Assembly (NCBI GenBank): GCA_964616005.1
Contig: CAZTTB010000001.1
Location: 56,330-120,329, forward strand
Direction of reading: 5' to 3'
DNA length: 64,000 nucleotides
Source: an uncultured bacterium
GTDB taxonomy: Bacteria; Deinococcota; Deinococci; Deinococcales; Trueperaceae
Both the position numbers and the translations under genes were made by a program. Below, one piece after another: positions 9,753-21,341 of this stretch. The notes below the pieces were generated by a model. The model ran no database searches. It was given only the letters and a program-made list of their open reading frames with translations, and was not told the origin of the DNA. Position 1 is the first letter of the stretch; every line of letters starts with the position of its first letter.

Positions 9753-10223
9753 ATGCCGTCGAACCACTTCGAGGACGGACACCCGACCATGGTGGACGTG
9801 GGCGCCAAGGCTCCGACCGTGCGCCGCGCGGTGGCCGAGGCTTTCGTGACGCTGCCCCCGCCGGCCGCGAAGTGGTTGGACGAGGGCGCGCCCAAGGGCG
9901 ACGCGCTGCAGGTCGCGGAGCTCGCGGGCATCATGGCGGCGAAGCGCACGCCCGATCTCGTACCGCTGGCCCATCCGCTGCCGCTGACGTCGGTGAGCGT
10001 TCGGTCCGAGCGCCTCGGCGCGCGCGTTCGCTTCGAGGCGGCATGCGGCACCACGGCGTCCACGGGCGTCGAGATGGAGGCCCTGACGGCCGCTGCGGTG
10101 GCGGCGCTCACCCTCTACGATATGCTCAAGGGAGCCAGCAAGGACATCGTGATCGAGACCGTGAGGCTGCTTCACAAGGAGGGGGGCCGTTCCGGCTCAT
10201 GGACACGCACGCTAGACCGCTAG
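9753..10223 (+). CDS. moaC: Cyclic pyranopterin monophosphate synthase MoaC
   Basis: MVDVGAK...TVRRAVA start and the TGVEMEALTAAAVAALTLYDM core. The 327-aa track ORF upstream of 9753 is an out-of-frame overlap with truA. Confidence 0.9.
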   Translation: MPSNHFEDGHPTMVDVGAKAPTVRRAVAEAFVTLPPPAAKWLDEGAPKGDALQVAELAGIMAAKRTPDLVPLAHPLPLTSVSVRSERLGARVRFEAACGTTASTGVEMEALTAAAVAALTLYDMLKGASKDIVIETVRLLHKEGGRSGSWTRTLDR

Positions 10224-10702
10224 AGCCGGACGACGCGCCGACCCTCCGCGCCATCGACGCGGCCTACGCGCAGGCCTTCGGGCTCGAGCCACGGGCCGGC
10301 GAAGCCAGCCTTCGCTTCTTCGCCCGCACCGGCCACGCCTTCGTGGCGGAGGGGGAGGGCGGCGTGCTGGGGTTCGCGTTGGCGCAGGCCGTGTTCGACG
10401 GCGAGCGTCCTACGCTCTTCGTGAGCCGCCTCGCCAGCCCGCCTCCGGGCGACGACGATGCCGTGCGGGCCCTGCTCCGCGCCGTCACCAAGAGCGCCTA
10501 CGACGCCGGCGTGTACGACGTGCAGGTGGACCTGCCGGCCGAGGACGCGGTGGCCGCCGCCGCCCTCGCCGCGGAGGACTACCGCCCGGCGGCGCGGTCG
10601 GTCTTCATGCGTCACCTCGGCTCGCGCGCCGACGCGGTGGCGGCCGCCGCTACCCCGCCGCGCGCCGGTGGGAGCGCCCCGCGCAGGAGCGATCGTGGCT
10701 GA
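10199..10702 (+). CDS. Hypothetical protein, possibly GNAT-fold (I recall it as DUF1999-like; unverified)
   Basis: 167-aa ORF. ATG 10199 follows AAGGAGGGGGG. It overlaps moaC by 25 nt. No intact acetyl-CoA motif. Confidence 0.5.
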   Translation: MDTHARPLEPDDAPTLRAIDAAYAQAFGLEPRAGEASLRFFARTGHAFVAEGEGGVLGFALAQAVFDGERPTLFVSRLASPPPGDDDAVRALLRAVTKSAYDAGVYDVQVDLPAEDAVAAAALAAEDYRPAARSVFMRHLGSRADAVAAAATPPRAGGSAPRRSDRG

Positions 10703-10919
10703 AGCGAGCGGCGCTCGGGTGCTGCTGGGGGTGCGCGGCATGGACACCGCGGCCAGCCGACAGCGTGTCGAGGAGGCCCTGAAGTCCGTGCGCGGCGTGA
10801 CCACGGTGGAAGCCAGCAGCGACCTGCAGGTGGCGGTGGAGTACGACGCCGGCGAGGTGACGGTCATGGACCTGATCCGCGCGCTGCGCCGGATCGGCTT
10901 CCTCGCCGGTATGGAGTAG
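10695..10919 (+). CDS. HMA-like (ferredoxin-fold) small protein lacking the CxxC metal site
   Basis: Layout matches heavy-metal-associated domains, but GMTCxxC reads GMDTAAS. The GTG start overlaps the previous stop by 8 nt. Confidence 0.5.
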   Translation: MAEASGARVLLGVRGMDTAASRQRVEEALKSVRGVTTVEASSDLQVAVEYDAGEVTVMDLIRALRRIGFLAGME

Positions 10920-10924
10920 CCCCG

Positions 10925-11233
10925 ATGGCCGGCCGCCCGGTGTACGTGGGGGTGCTGCTCATCACCCTGGAGATGCCGGGCGTGCGCAGTCTCAAGCAGA
11001 AGCGCTCGCTGATCCTCCCCGTCACGGAGCGCCTCAAGGCGCGCTTCCCGGTTTCGGTCGCCCGCCTGGAGGGGTTGGACGCCCATGGCTGGGAGCGGAT
11101 CGGCATCAGCGCCATCAGCGCCGATGCGGCGTGGCTCGACAGGACCCTGGGCTCGGCCCTCGCGTTCGTCGAGGGTCGCGGCCTGGGCGTGCGTGCGTCG
11201 TCGATCGAGGTCGAGGTCTGGGACGAGGGGTGA
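10925..11233 (+). CDS. DUF503 (YlxP-like) protein
   Basis: 102 aa. The SLKQKRS motif after the first beta-strand is typical of DUF503. Confidence 0.75.
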   Translation: MAGRPVYVGVLLITLEMPGVRSLKQKRSLILPVTERLKARFPVSVARLEGLDAHGWERIGISAISADAAWLDRTLGSALAFVEGRGLGVRASSIEVEVWDEG

Positions 11234-11293
11234 GCGGGCCGGTGCCGGCGGCGGAGGTGCGGTGAAGGCCACGAGGAGCCGCCGCGGCACGGG

Positions 11294-11299
11294 CTAGAA
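11294..11299 (+). promoter_or_regulatory. -10 box TAGAAT upstream of asp23-yloV
   Basis: A good TAnnnT hexamer in the 159-nt gap, about 94 nt upstream of the asp23 GTG. No convincing -35. Confidence 0.35.
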
Positions 11300-11392
11300 T
11301 GCGTTGACGACGTTACGGAGCCCGAACGGCCCGAGCTCGACCAGCTGGCGGCCGACGGTGCCGCGGCGGCGAGTGAACGGGAGGAACCTGGA

Positions 11393-11794
11393 GTGGAGGA
11401 AGGCAAGGCAGGGCAGAACGCGCCCCGCCCCACCAAGCGCAAGGCCAAGGAGCGGGAGATCGATCGGATCCACGTGTCCGACGACGCGCTGGCGTCGATC
11501 CTGGGTCTGGCCGCGCACGAGGTCCCGGGCGTGGTCGGCATGGCGCCCGCCAACATCGGCGAAGGCCTGCGCCGCGTGCTCGGCCTCTCCCAGGTCGACG
11601 AGGGCGTCGTGATCGAGCACCCCAAGGGCGAAACGCGGGCCGACGTGGACATCCACGTGGTGGTGGCGTACGGCGTCAACATCCCGGTGGTGGCGGGGTC
11701 GGTCCGCGAGCGCGCCCGCTACGCCGCCAAGCGCTTCGCCGGCATCGCCCTGGACGACGTGCGTGTTCATGTGGACGGGGTCAGCCGTGGCTGA
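11393..11794 (+). CDS. Asp23/Gls24-family envelope stress protein
   Basis: IHVSDDALASILGLAAHEVPGVVGM core. GTG 11393 lies 6 nt after GGAGGAA. Paired with yloV as in Firmicutes. Confidence 0.8.
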   Translation: MEEGKAGQNAPRPTKRKAKEREIDRIHVSDDALASILGLAAHEVPGVVGMAPANIGEGLRRVLGLSQVDEGVVIEHPKGETRADVDIHVVVAYGVNIPVVAGSVRERARYAAKRFAGIALDDVRVHVDGVSRG

Positions 11795-13391
11795 TGTCGC
11801 GACCCGGGAGCCGGAGACGCTGGGGGCGCGTCAGCTCAGCCGCGCCTTCAGCTACGCCACCGAGTGGCTCGGCGTGTACGTCGACGAGGTCAACGCCCTC
11901 AACGTCTACCCGGTCCCCGACGGCGACACCGGGACCAACATGCACCTCACCATGCAGTCGGTCCGGCGCCAGCTCGGAGACGAGAACCCGGGCACCATGG
12001 AGGCCTTCGCGCACGCCCTGTCCTACGGTTCTCTGCTCGGCGCCCGCGGCAACTCCGGGGTGATCCTGTCGCAGGTGCTCAAGGGCTTCGGGGACGCGGC
12101 GCGGCTTCACGATCGCCTCGGCGGCCGCGAGATCGCAGCGGCCCTGGCGGCCGGCACCAAGAGCGCGTACCACGCGGTCATGAAGCCGGTGGAGGGGACC
12201 ATCCTGAGCGTGGTGAAGGCCGCTGCGGAGTCGGCCCGCAAGGTCGGCTCGCGGCCGCCGTTGGAGGTCCTGCGCGTGTCGTTCCAGGCCGCCTCGGAGG
12301 CGCTCGAGCGCACGCCCGACCAGCTCGCCATCCTCAAGCAGGCGGGCGTGGTGGACGCCGGGGGCAAGGGCCTCGTGCGGGTGTTGGAGGGGTTGCTCGC
12401 CTACTTCGACGGCCTCGACCTGCCGGCGCCGCCGGAGGTGACGGAGCGGGCGCAAACGCAGTTCGGCGAGGAAGAGTTCGGTTTCTGCACGGAATTCCTG
12501 CTGTCGGATGTGACGGTGACGACCCGCGAGATCCAGAAGCTGGTCGCGCCGTACGGCGATTCGCTGCTGGTGGTGGGGGCCGAGGGCTACGTCAAGGGCC
12601 ACATCCATACCGAGGAGCCTGAGAAGCTGCTCGCGGACGTGGCACACTTCGGCACCATGGTGCGCTCCAAGGTGGAAGACATGAGCGAGCAACACCATGA
12701 GATCCTGGCCGACGTGGAGCCGGAGGAGGCGGAACCGGCGCGCACGGGGCTGGTGGCGGTGTCGAGTGGCTACGGCGTGACGCGCGTGTTCCGCAGCCTG
12801 GGCGTACGCGTGGTCGGCGGCGGGCAGAGCGACAACCCGAGCGTGGAGGACATCGCCGACGCCGTACGCTCGGTGGGGGCACCGGACGTCATCGTGATGC
12901 CGAACAACAAGAACATCGTGATGGCCGCCGAGCGCGTTCGCGAGGTGGTCAAGGGCAAGCACGTCGAGGTGCTGCCGACGCGAACGCTGGGCCAGGGGCT
13001 GGCGGCGGCCGTGCTTTTCCAGGAGAGCGAGGACGTCGCCACGCTCCTCGAGGCCATGCAGGAGGCGGCGGACGCCTCGCTGACGCTCGAAGTCACGACC
13101 GCGAGCCGCAGCGCCACGATCGAGGGCGTCGAGGTCGCGCAGGGGGACTTCATCGGGCTCGCCGACGGCCAGCTCAAGGTCGCCGACGAGGAGGCCGACG
13201 CCTGCATCCTGGCGCTGCTGGAGGACCGTGCGGCCGACTACGAGATCGCTACGCTGTTCTACAGCGCTTCCTTGGGCCGGGAGCGCGCCGAAGCGCTGGC
13301 CGAGACGGTCCGACAGCGCTTCCCCGAGCTCGAGCTGGACCTGCTGGCCGGCGCTCCCGACCTCTACCCCTACCTGATGTCGCTGGAGTGA
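11787..13391 (+). CDS. yloV: DAK2 domain-containing protein YloV
   Basis: YPVPDGDTGTNM DAK2 motif. The start is probably GTG 11787, overlapping the asp23 stop by 8 nt. GTG 11763 is an alternative. Confidence 0.85.
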   Translation: MADVATREPETLGARQLSRAFSYATEWLGVYVDEVNALNVYPVPDGDTGTNMHLTMQSVRRQLGDENPGTMEAFAHALSYGSLLGARGNSGVILSQVLKGFGDAARLHDRLGGREIAAALAAGTKSAYHAVMKPVEGTILSVVKAAAESARKVGSRPPLEVLRVSFQAASEALERTPDQLAILKQAGVVDAGGKGLVRVLEGLLAYFDGLDLPAPPEVTERAQTQFGEEEFGFCTEFLLSDVTVTTREIQKLVAPYGDSLLVVGAEGYVKGHIHTEEPEKLLADVAHFGTMVRSKVEDMSEQHHEILADVEPEEAEPARTGLVAVSSGYGVTRVFRSLGVRVVGGGQSDNPSVEDIADAVRSVGAPDVIVMPNNKNIVMAAERVREVVKGKHVEVLPTRTLGQGLAAAVLFQESEDVATLLEAMQEAADASLTLEVTTASRSATIEGVEVAQGDFIGLADGQLKVADEEADACILALLEDRAADYEIATLFYSASLGRERAEALAETVRQRFPELELDLLAGAPDLYPYLMSLE

Positions 13392-13499
13392 GCGTTCGCG
13401 GGCCCGCGCGGGGCGCCGCGGAGCGGATAAGTGAAGTATGAAGGGGACCGCAACCATGCCTCGCGCGCGGCCGCTACACTGCGAGAAGGAGGCTTCAAC

Positions 13500-14330
13500 A
13501 TGAGACGATTCGCATGGATCGCGGCGACGGTCTTGCTGGCGGGTGTGTTGTCGGCATGCAGCATCACCGTCACCTACAATCCTCCTCCCAATGCCACGCC
13601 CGTCACGGCGAACACAGACAACAATACGCCGGTGGACTCGAGCGTGACCGTCCCGGGCAATTCGACGGTCTACTTCGACGTTGCGCTGCCCAGCTCCGTC
13701 CAGGCCTACCCGCTGGTCTACTTCGAGCTCACGGCCGACCTGAACCTGAGCCTGATCAACTACAGCGGCGCCTACCAGACGCTCGCCTCGAGCAGCAGCG
13801 CGAGCTACTTCGCGTCGGGATCCGTGGGTCTGGCGTCGCTCGCCGGCGGTGGCGGGCCGATCGCCCAGTCGATCGGGGTGTCCTACGCCTGTCATGGCTC
13901 ATGCATCATCTGGCCGACGGGCGGCGCCACCCACTACTACCTGGGGGTGGAGAACACCAGCAGCTCGACGGCGACGTTCGACCTCTACGTGTACGGCTAC
14001 GACTACCAGGACTCGAATGAGCCGGGGAACAACGTGCAGGCCGGAGCGGTCCCGCTCAGCTCGGGATCGGCGGACTCCGGCGCGATCGAGACGCTCGGCG
14101 ACGTCGACTGGTGGTACATGACGGCTACGGGCAACGTGAGCTTCACCAAGGTGGTGAGCCCGGTATCGTTGCAGGCCAAGCTGTACGACAGCGGTGGCGG
14201 CTATATCGGTACCTTCAGCCCGTCGGCGGGCGCCACCATCCCGGTCGTGGCGGGCGATTCGTTGAAGATCGAGTCCGCCAACGGCTACGCCGGCTCCTCG
14301 GCCGTGAGCCGCTACGACCTGACGTACTGA
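13500..14330 (+). CDS. Lipoprotein with a C-terminal pre-peptidase (PPC)-like beta-sandwich domain
   Basis: ATG 13500 follows GAAGGAGG. Lipobox LAGVLSAC. C-terminal EPGNN...GDVDWWY pattern as in PPC domains. Confidence 0.65.
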   Translation: MRRFAWIAATVLLAGVLSACSITVTYNPPPNATPVTANTDNNTPVDSSVTVPGNSTVYFDVALPSSVQAYPLVYFELTADLNLSLINYSGAYQTLASSSSASYFASGSVGLASLAGGGGPIAQSIGVSYACHGSCIIWPTGGATHYYLGVENTSSSTATFDLYVYGYDYQDSNEPGNNVQAGAVPLSSGSADSGAIETLGDVDWWYMTATGNVSFTKVVSPVSLQAKLYDSGGGYIGTFSPSAGATIPVVAGDSLKIESANGYAGSSAVSRYDLTY

Positions 14331-14372
14331 GCGACCCGGGCGTCAAGCCGGTCGACGCCTCACATGAACCAC

Positions 14373-14405
14373 GCCGCATGGCCCGATAGACTCGGGCCAT
14401 GCGGC
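14373..14405 (+). terminator. 12-bp hairpin whose 3' arm contains the next gene's start codon
   Basis: GCCGCATGGCCC-gatagactc-GGGCCATGCGGC followed by GTTTCCT. The ATG at 14399 sits in the right arm. Confidence 0.45.
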
Positions 14406-15313
14406 GTTTCCTGCTCGTTCTCATCGTCCTTGTCGTGGGATCGGCGGCCTCCGCCCAGATCTGCGTCAGCGAGCTCCGTGCCGCTCTCACGGACCTGAGC
14501 ACCGATCGCCCGGCGACCGGGGTGGACGCGGCGCTGGTTGTGGAGCGGGCGGTGCAGCTGGTGGAGCCGGCGCTCCCGCGCATGGTGGTGGTCGACAAGC
14601 TACCCATCGCCAAGACCGATCCGCACTACGGTGACGTGCTCTACCTGGCCGAGCGAAGGCTGCTCCCCGGGAGCTGGAAGCCGGGTTCCATCGACGCCGG
14701 GACCTGGCAGGCCATGCTCGATCGCTTCCAGAGCTGGTACAAGGTGAAGCCGTTCACGGTCCATGCCCCGAAGCGCGTCAGCGACCTGTTGCTCGACGGT
14801 GGTACGGCGCTCGAACACATCTCGCGGGCGATCCGTCCGGCTGCGCTGCTCGCCTCCGACCCGACCGATCCGAGGCGCATCGCGTTCTGGGCCATCATCT
14901 GGAACTGGACGGTGTACCCACGTCTCATCGTGCTGCATCCCCGCAGCGACGTATCGTTGGCGAACGGCCCGACGGCGGTCCTGCAGCACATGGGCGACTG
15001 TGCCGTGCACATCAACAGCTACGTGATGGCGCCGGCCCGGGACGCCGCGCAGCTCTTCCTGGCGACCAACCAGTCGCGCATGTACGTCGTGGGCGGCGTT
15101 CCGGCCGGTACCACGACGTGGCCGAAGCCGGTCGCCGCCGGGCAAGAGCTCGACACCTTCGCGTTCCGCACGCCCCTGGTGAAGGACCTCGACCGCTTCG
15201 CCGCAGTGTTCGACGGCCCCGGGGTCGGCTTCCGGACCGTCTTCGAATTGCTACCCAAGCTGCGCACGAACATGTCGCCCACGCGCTTCCTCAGCTACAT
15301 GAAGACGCCCTGA
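14399..15313 (+). CDS. Secreted hypothetical protein
   Basis: Signal peptide MRRFLLVLIVLVVGSAASA|Q. 304 aa, GC-rich third codon positions (judged by eye). No family recognised. Confidence 0.55.
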   Translation: MRRFLLVLIVLVVGSAASAQICVSELRAALTDLSTDRPATGVDAALVVERAVQLVEPALPRMVVVDKLPIAKTDPHYGDVLYLAERRLLPGSWKPGSIDAGTWQAMLDRFQSWYKVKPFTVHAPKRVSDLLLDGGTALEHISRAIRPAALLASDPTDPRRIAFWAIIWNWTVYPRLIVLHPRSDVSLANGPTAVLQHMGDCAVHINSYVMAPARDAAQLFLATNQSRMYVVGGVPAGTTTWPKPVAAGQELDTFAFRTPLVKDLDRFAAVFDGPGVGFRTVFELLPKLRTNMSPTRFLSYMKTP

Positions 15314-15337
15314 CGACGGAGGCGGGTGCGGCCGAGC

Positions 15338-16228
15338 TCAGTGGCGCGCGTCGAGCGCGCGGTTGACGGCGTCGCGCATGTCACGGGCAGCGGCCGCCGC
15401 AGCGGCCGCCAGGTCGTGGACGTTCGTCGCGGGCAGGTAGGTGAGCGAGCGGCTGGCGCTCACCACGGCCCCGAGACCGTCGGCATCGAACGCGGCGGCG
15501 ACGTCTTCGGCCGTGCCGCCCTGGGCGCCGTACCCGGGAACCAGCAGCACGCCGGCCGGCACGCGCTTGCGCAGGGCCGCCAGGGCCGCAGGGTAGGTCG
15601 CTCCGACCACGACGCCGAGCGCGGTATAGCCGTTGGCGTCGCGGGGGAGGTCCCTCGCTCGGTCCGCCAACCGATCGGCCAGCACCTGGTGGAGCATGCG
15701 GCCGTCGGCGAGGGTGAGGTCCTGGAGGTCGGCGCTGCCCGGATTCGACGTTTTGAGCACCACGAACAGCCCACGGCCGTGGGTCAGGGCCGCGTCGAGG
15801 AAGGGCTCGAGCGTGTCGAGGCCGAGGTAGGCGTTGACGGTGAGGGCGTCCGCAGCGAAGCCCCCGTCCGCCAGGTACGCCCGCGCGTACGCCTCGGCGG
15901 TGCTGCCGATATCACCGCGCTTGCCGTCGAGGATGGCCGGGATGCCCAGCTCACGGGCGGCGCCCAGCAGACCCGAGAGGGCCCGCAGGCCCGGGACCCC
16001 CATGGCCTCGAAGAACGCGGCCTGCAACTTGCAGCAGGCGATGGTGTCGGCGCTGGCGCGCAGGATCGCTGCGAAACTCGCCTCGACGGCGTCGGCGACC
16101 CGCTCGGCATCGTCGCCCAGGTTCGCCGGATCGGTCAGTGGGCTGAGGGCCGGGCGCGGGTCGATGCCGAGGCAGACGCGCGAATCGATCGCGACGATGC
16201 GCTCGTGCAGACGTCCGACGAAGTCCAT
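15338..16228 (-). CDS. pyrF: Orotidine 5'-phosphate decarboxylase, type 2
   Basis: CLGIDPRP and LDGKRGDIGSTAEAYA motifs. 296 aa. TATGCT box 9 nt upstream of the ATG. Confidence 0.9.
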   Translation of the reverse strand: MDFVGRLHERIVAIDSRVCLGIDPRPALSPLTDPANLGDDAERVADAVEASFAAILRASADTIACCKLQAAFFEAMGVPGLRALSGLLGAARELGIPAILDGKRGDIGSTAEAYARAYLADGGFAADALTVNAYLGLDTLEPFLDAALTHGRGLFVVLKTSNPGSADLQDLTLADGRMLHQVLADRLADRARDLPRDANGYTALGVVVGATYPAALAALRKRVPAGVLLVPGYGAQGGTAEDVAAAFDADGLGAVVSASRSLTYLPATNVHDLAAAAAAAARDMRDAVNRALDARH

Positions 16229-16262
16229 GCCGGGCTCAGCATAGCAGGCGGACCACGGCAGG

Positions 16263-16342
16263 CCCGGTGTTGGCGGCTAGGCTGCCGCCTTCCCGTGGCA
16301 ATGGGCATTGCCGGGTGGAGTTGTGGCCCCCGGTGTTGGCGG

Positions 16343-16369
<27 letters not shown>
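16263..16369. repeat. 41-nt direct repeat (16263-16303 and 16329-16369) duplicating the secA 3' end
   Basis: The two copies of CCCGGTGTTGGCGGCTAGGCTGCCGCCTTCCCGTGGCAATG are identical. Copy B encodes the last secA codons (HCHGKAAA*) plus downstream bases. Copy A is intergenic. Confidence 0.9.
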
Positions 16370-19132
<2,763 letters not shown>

Positions 19133-19281
19133 TCAAGACCTTCCAGCGCGCGCGGGCGGGATCATGGTCGCCTCTTCCGGGCTCCGGGCGCGGCGGTAAC
19201 ATGCTACTTTAGCACGCCCTCACGGGCCTGCCGGTAGGCGGAGACAGGCTTCCGGCGCCTTCGGCGGGGGCCGGCCGGCCC

Positions 19282-19821
19282 TCAGTCCGAGCGCCGAAGC
19301 AGGGTCAGGGCGTTGGTCCCGTAGCGCTTCTCGCGCGGCGCCTCCAGGTTCGGCGGGAGGTCGAGCGTCGGGGGTTCGCGGCTGGGGTGCTGGAACACGT
19401 AGAGCCCACCGGCACGGGCGCTGCCGGCGGCGAGGATCGCCTGGAAGATGGGTGTCAACGCCAGATCGTACGGCGGTGCCGCGAACACCACGCCGAACGC
19501 TTCCGGATGCTCGCGCGCGAAGTCCAGCGCGTCGCCGCGTACCACCTCGACCCGCAGTGCGGCGCGTGTGGCGTTGCCCCGGATGATCCCGGTCGCTTCG
19601 CGCGAGAGATCGACGCAGGTGGCGCGCCAGCCGCGGCTGGCGGCCTCCAGGCCGATCGCACCCGAGCCGCTGAAGAGATCCAGGAAGGTGTCGCCCTGCT
19701 CGAAAGCCAGGATGTCGAACAGCGCCTCGCGCAGCCTCGACGGGCTGGGGCGCGTTCCGCGGCGCGGCGTGTCCAACTCGCGGCCCTTGGCGCTCCCGCC
19801 CAGGATGCGGGGGTGACTCAC
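19282..19821 (-). CDS. rsmD: 16S rRNA (guanine966-N2)-methyltransferase RsmD
   Basis: SAM box LDLFSGSGAIGLEA and an APPY (DPPY-type) motif. 179 aa. GAGGA SD upstream of the GTG. Confidence 0.85.
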   Translation of the reverse strand: MSHPRILGGSAKGRELDTPRRGTRPSPSRLREALFDILAFEQGDTFLDLFSGSGAIGLEAASRGWRATCVDLSREATGIIRGNATRAALRVEVVRGDALDFAREHPEAFGVVFAAPPYDLALTPIFQAILAAGSARAGGLYVFQHPSREPPTLDLPPNLEAPREKRYGTNALTLLRRSD

Positions 19822-19880
19822 GGGCGGTCCTCGGCGGCGATCACGACCGACATGCTACCAGCGCTGGGTGCGGCGGCGGG

Positions 19881-20588
19881 TCACAGCCCGAGATACGCCT
19901 CCTTGACGCGCGGGTCGTGCAGCAGGTCGTCGGCGCTGCCGGTCAGGGCCACCTGGCCGCGCTCGAGCACGTAGCCGCGGTGGGCGACCGACAGCGCGCT
20001 GTTGACGTCCTGCTCGACCAGCAACACGGTGACCCCTTGCTCGTGGATGTCGGCGAGCACCTCGAGCAGCCGCTCCACGATGACCGGCGCCAACCCCAGG
20101 CTCATCTCGTCGACCATCAGCAACCGCGGCGCCGCCATCAGGCCGCGCGCCATGGCGCACATCTGCTGCTCGCCGCCCGACATGCTCCCGGCGAGCTGGC
20201 GGCGCCGTTCGCCCAGAACGGGGAAGAGCTCGTACATCCGGTCGAAGTCGTGCCGGACCGCAGCGGCGTCCCGGCGCCGGAACGCGCCCATGCGCAGGTT
20301 GTCCTCGACCGTCATGCGATCGAACAGTTGGCGTCCCTCGGGCACTTGCACCAGGCCGCGCCCGAAGGCCTCGTCGGGGCTGATCGACGCCGCCGCCTGG
20401 CCGGCGAATCGGACCTCGCCACGGCTGCGGATCACCCCGGACAGGGCGCGCAGCAAGGTCGTCTTGCCGGCGCCGTTGCTGCCGACGACGGCGACGATCT
20501 CGCCCTCGTCCACGCTCAGGTCCACATCGTTCAGGACCACGGCGTCGCCATACCCGGCGCTCAGGCCGGAGACCTCCAACAGTGCCAT
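19881..20588 (-). CDS. livF: Branched-chain amino acid ABC transporter ATPase LivF
   Basis: Walker A GSNGAGKTT, signature MSGGEQQM, Walker B LLMVDE. Confidence 0.9.
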   Translation of the reverse strand: MALLEVSGLSAGYGDAVVLNDVDLSVDEGEIVAVVGSNGAGKTTLLRALSGVIRSRGEVRFAGQAAASISPDEAFGRGLVQVPEGRQLFDRMTVEDNLRMGAFRRRDAAAVRHDFDRMYELFPVLGERRRQLAGSMSGGEQQMCAMARGLMAAPRLLMVDEMSLGLAPVIVERLLEVLADIHEQGVTVLLVEQDVNSALSVAHRGYVLERGQVALTGSADDLLHDPRVKEAYLGL

Positions 20589-21341
20589 CTAGTGCCGCCT
20601 CCTGCCCAGGTACGCTTCGATGACCTTGGGGTCGTCGAGCACGTCCTCGGCCGTGCCTTCGGCGATGAGCTGGCCGTACTGCAACACCAGCAGTCGGTCG
20701 GAGAGTTGCCGGATGGCCTTGACCACGTGCTCGATCACCAGGATGGTGGTGCCGCCGTCGCGGATGCGGCGGATGAGGTCGACCACTTCGTCGATCTCCA
20801 CGGCGTTGAGTCCGGCCATGACCTCGTCGAGCAGCAGCAGCCGAGGCTTCAGCGCCAGGGCCTTGGCCAGCTCCAAGCGCTTGCGGTCGGGTCCGCCGAG
20901 GGCGTCGGCGGGCTGGTCGAGCTTGTCGCCCAGACCGGTGAACTCGAGCCAGTGCGCCGCCGCTTCCCGGGCCGCCGGCATCGCGCGTTCGGGCTGACGA
21001 CCGAACAGCGCGCCGGCCGTGACGTTGTCGAGGACGCTCAGGCCGGGGAACGGCTTCATGATCTGGAAGGTACGGCCGATGCCCAGATGGGCGCGGCGGT
21101 AGGGGGGTAGGCCCCGAAGGGGTCTCCCGTCGAACAGGAGCGCGCCGCTGGTCGGCTCCTGGGTGCCGCTGATCAGGTTGATCAGCGTCGTCTTGCCCGC
21201 GCCGTTGGGGCCGATGAGACCCAGGATCTCGCCCTCGGCGTGGCGGAAGGAGACGTCGGACACGGCTACCAGACCGCCGTACCGCTTGGTGACGCGGCGC
21301 GCCTCGAACAGGACGCCGCCGCTCCCGGCAGGCGCCGTCAC
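20589..21341 (-). CDS. livG: Branched-chain amino acid ABC transporter ATPase LivG
   Basis: Walker A GPNGAGKTT, Walker B LLLLDE. GTG 21341 overlaps the livM stop (GTGA). The track ORF extends upstream in an alternate frame of livM. Confidence 0.9.
   Translation of the reverse strand: MTAPAGSGGVLFEARRVTKRYGGLVAVSDVSFRHAEGEILGLIGPNGAGKTTLINLISGTQEPTSGALLFDGRPLRGLPPYRRAHLGIGRTFQIMKPFPGLSVLDNVTAGALFGRQPERAMPAAREAAAHWLEFTGLGDKLDQPADALGGPDRKRLELAKALALKPRLLLLDEVMAGLNAVEIDEVVDLIRRIRDGGTTILVIEHVVKAIRQLSDRLLVLQYGQLIAEGTAEDVLDDPKVIEAYLGRRRH

Noticed and set aside
11781-13895. 704-aa minus-strand ORF opposite yloV.
   Set aside because: Same reasoning: it is low-complexity and Arg/Gly-rich, antisense to a gene with clear DAK2 motifs, and has no start context.
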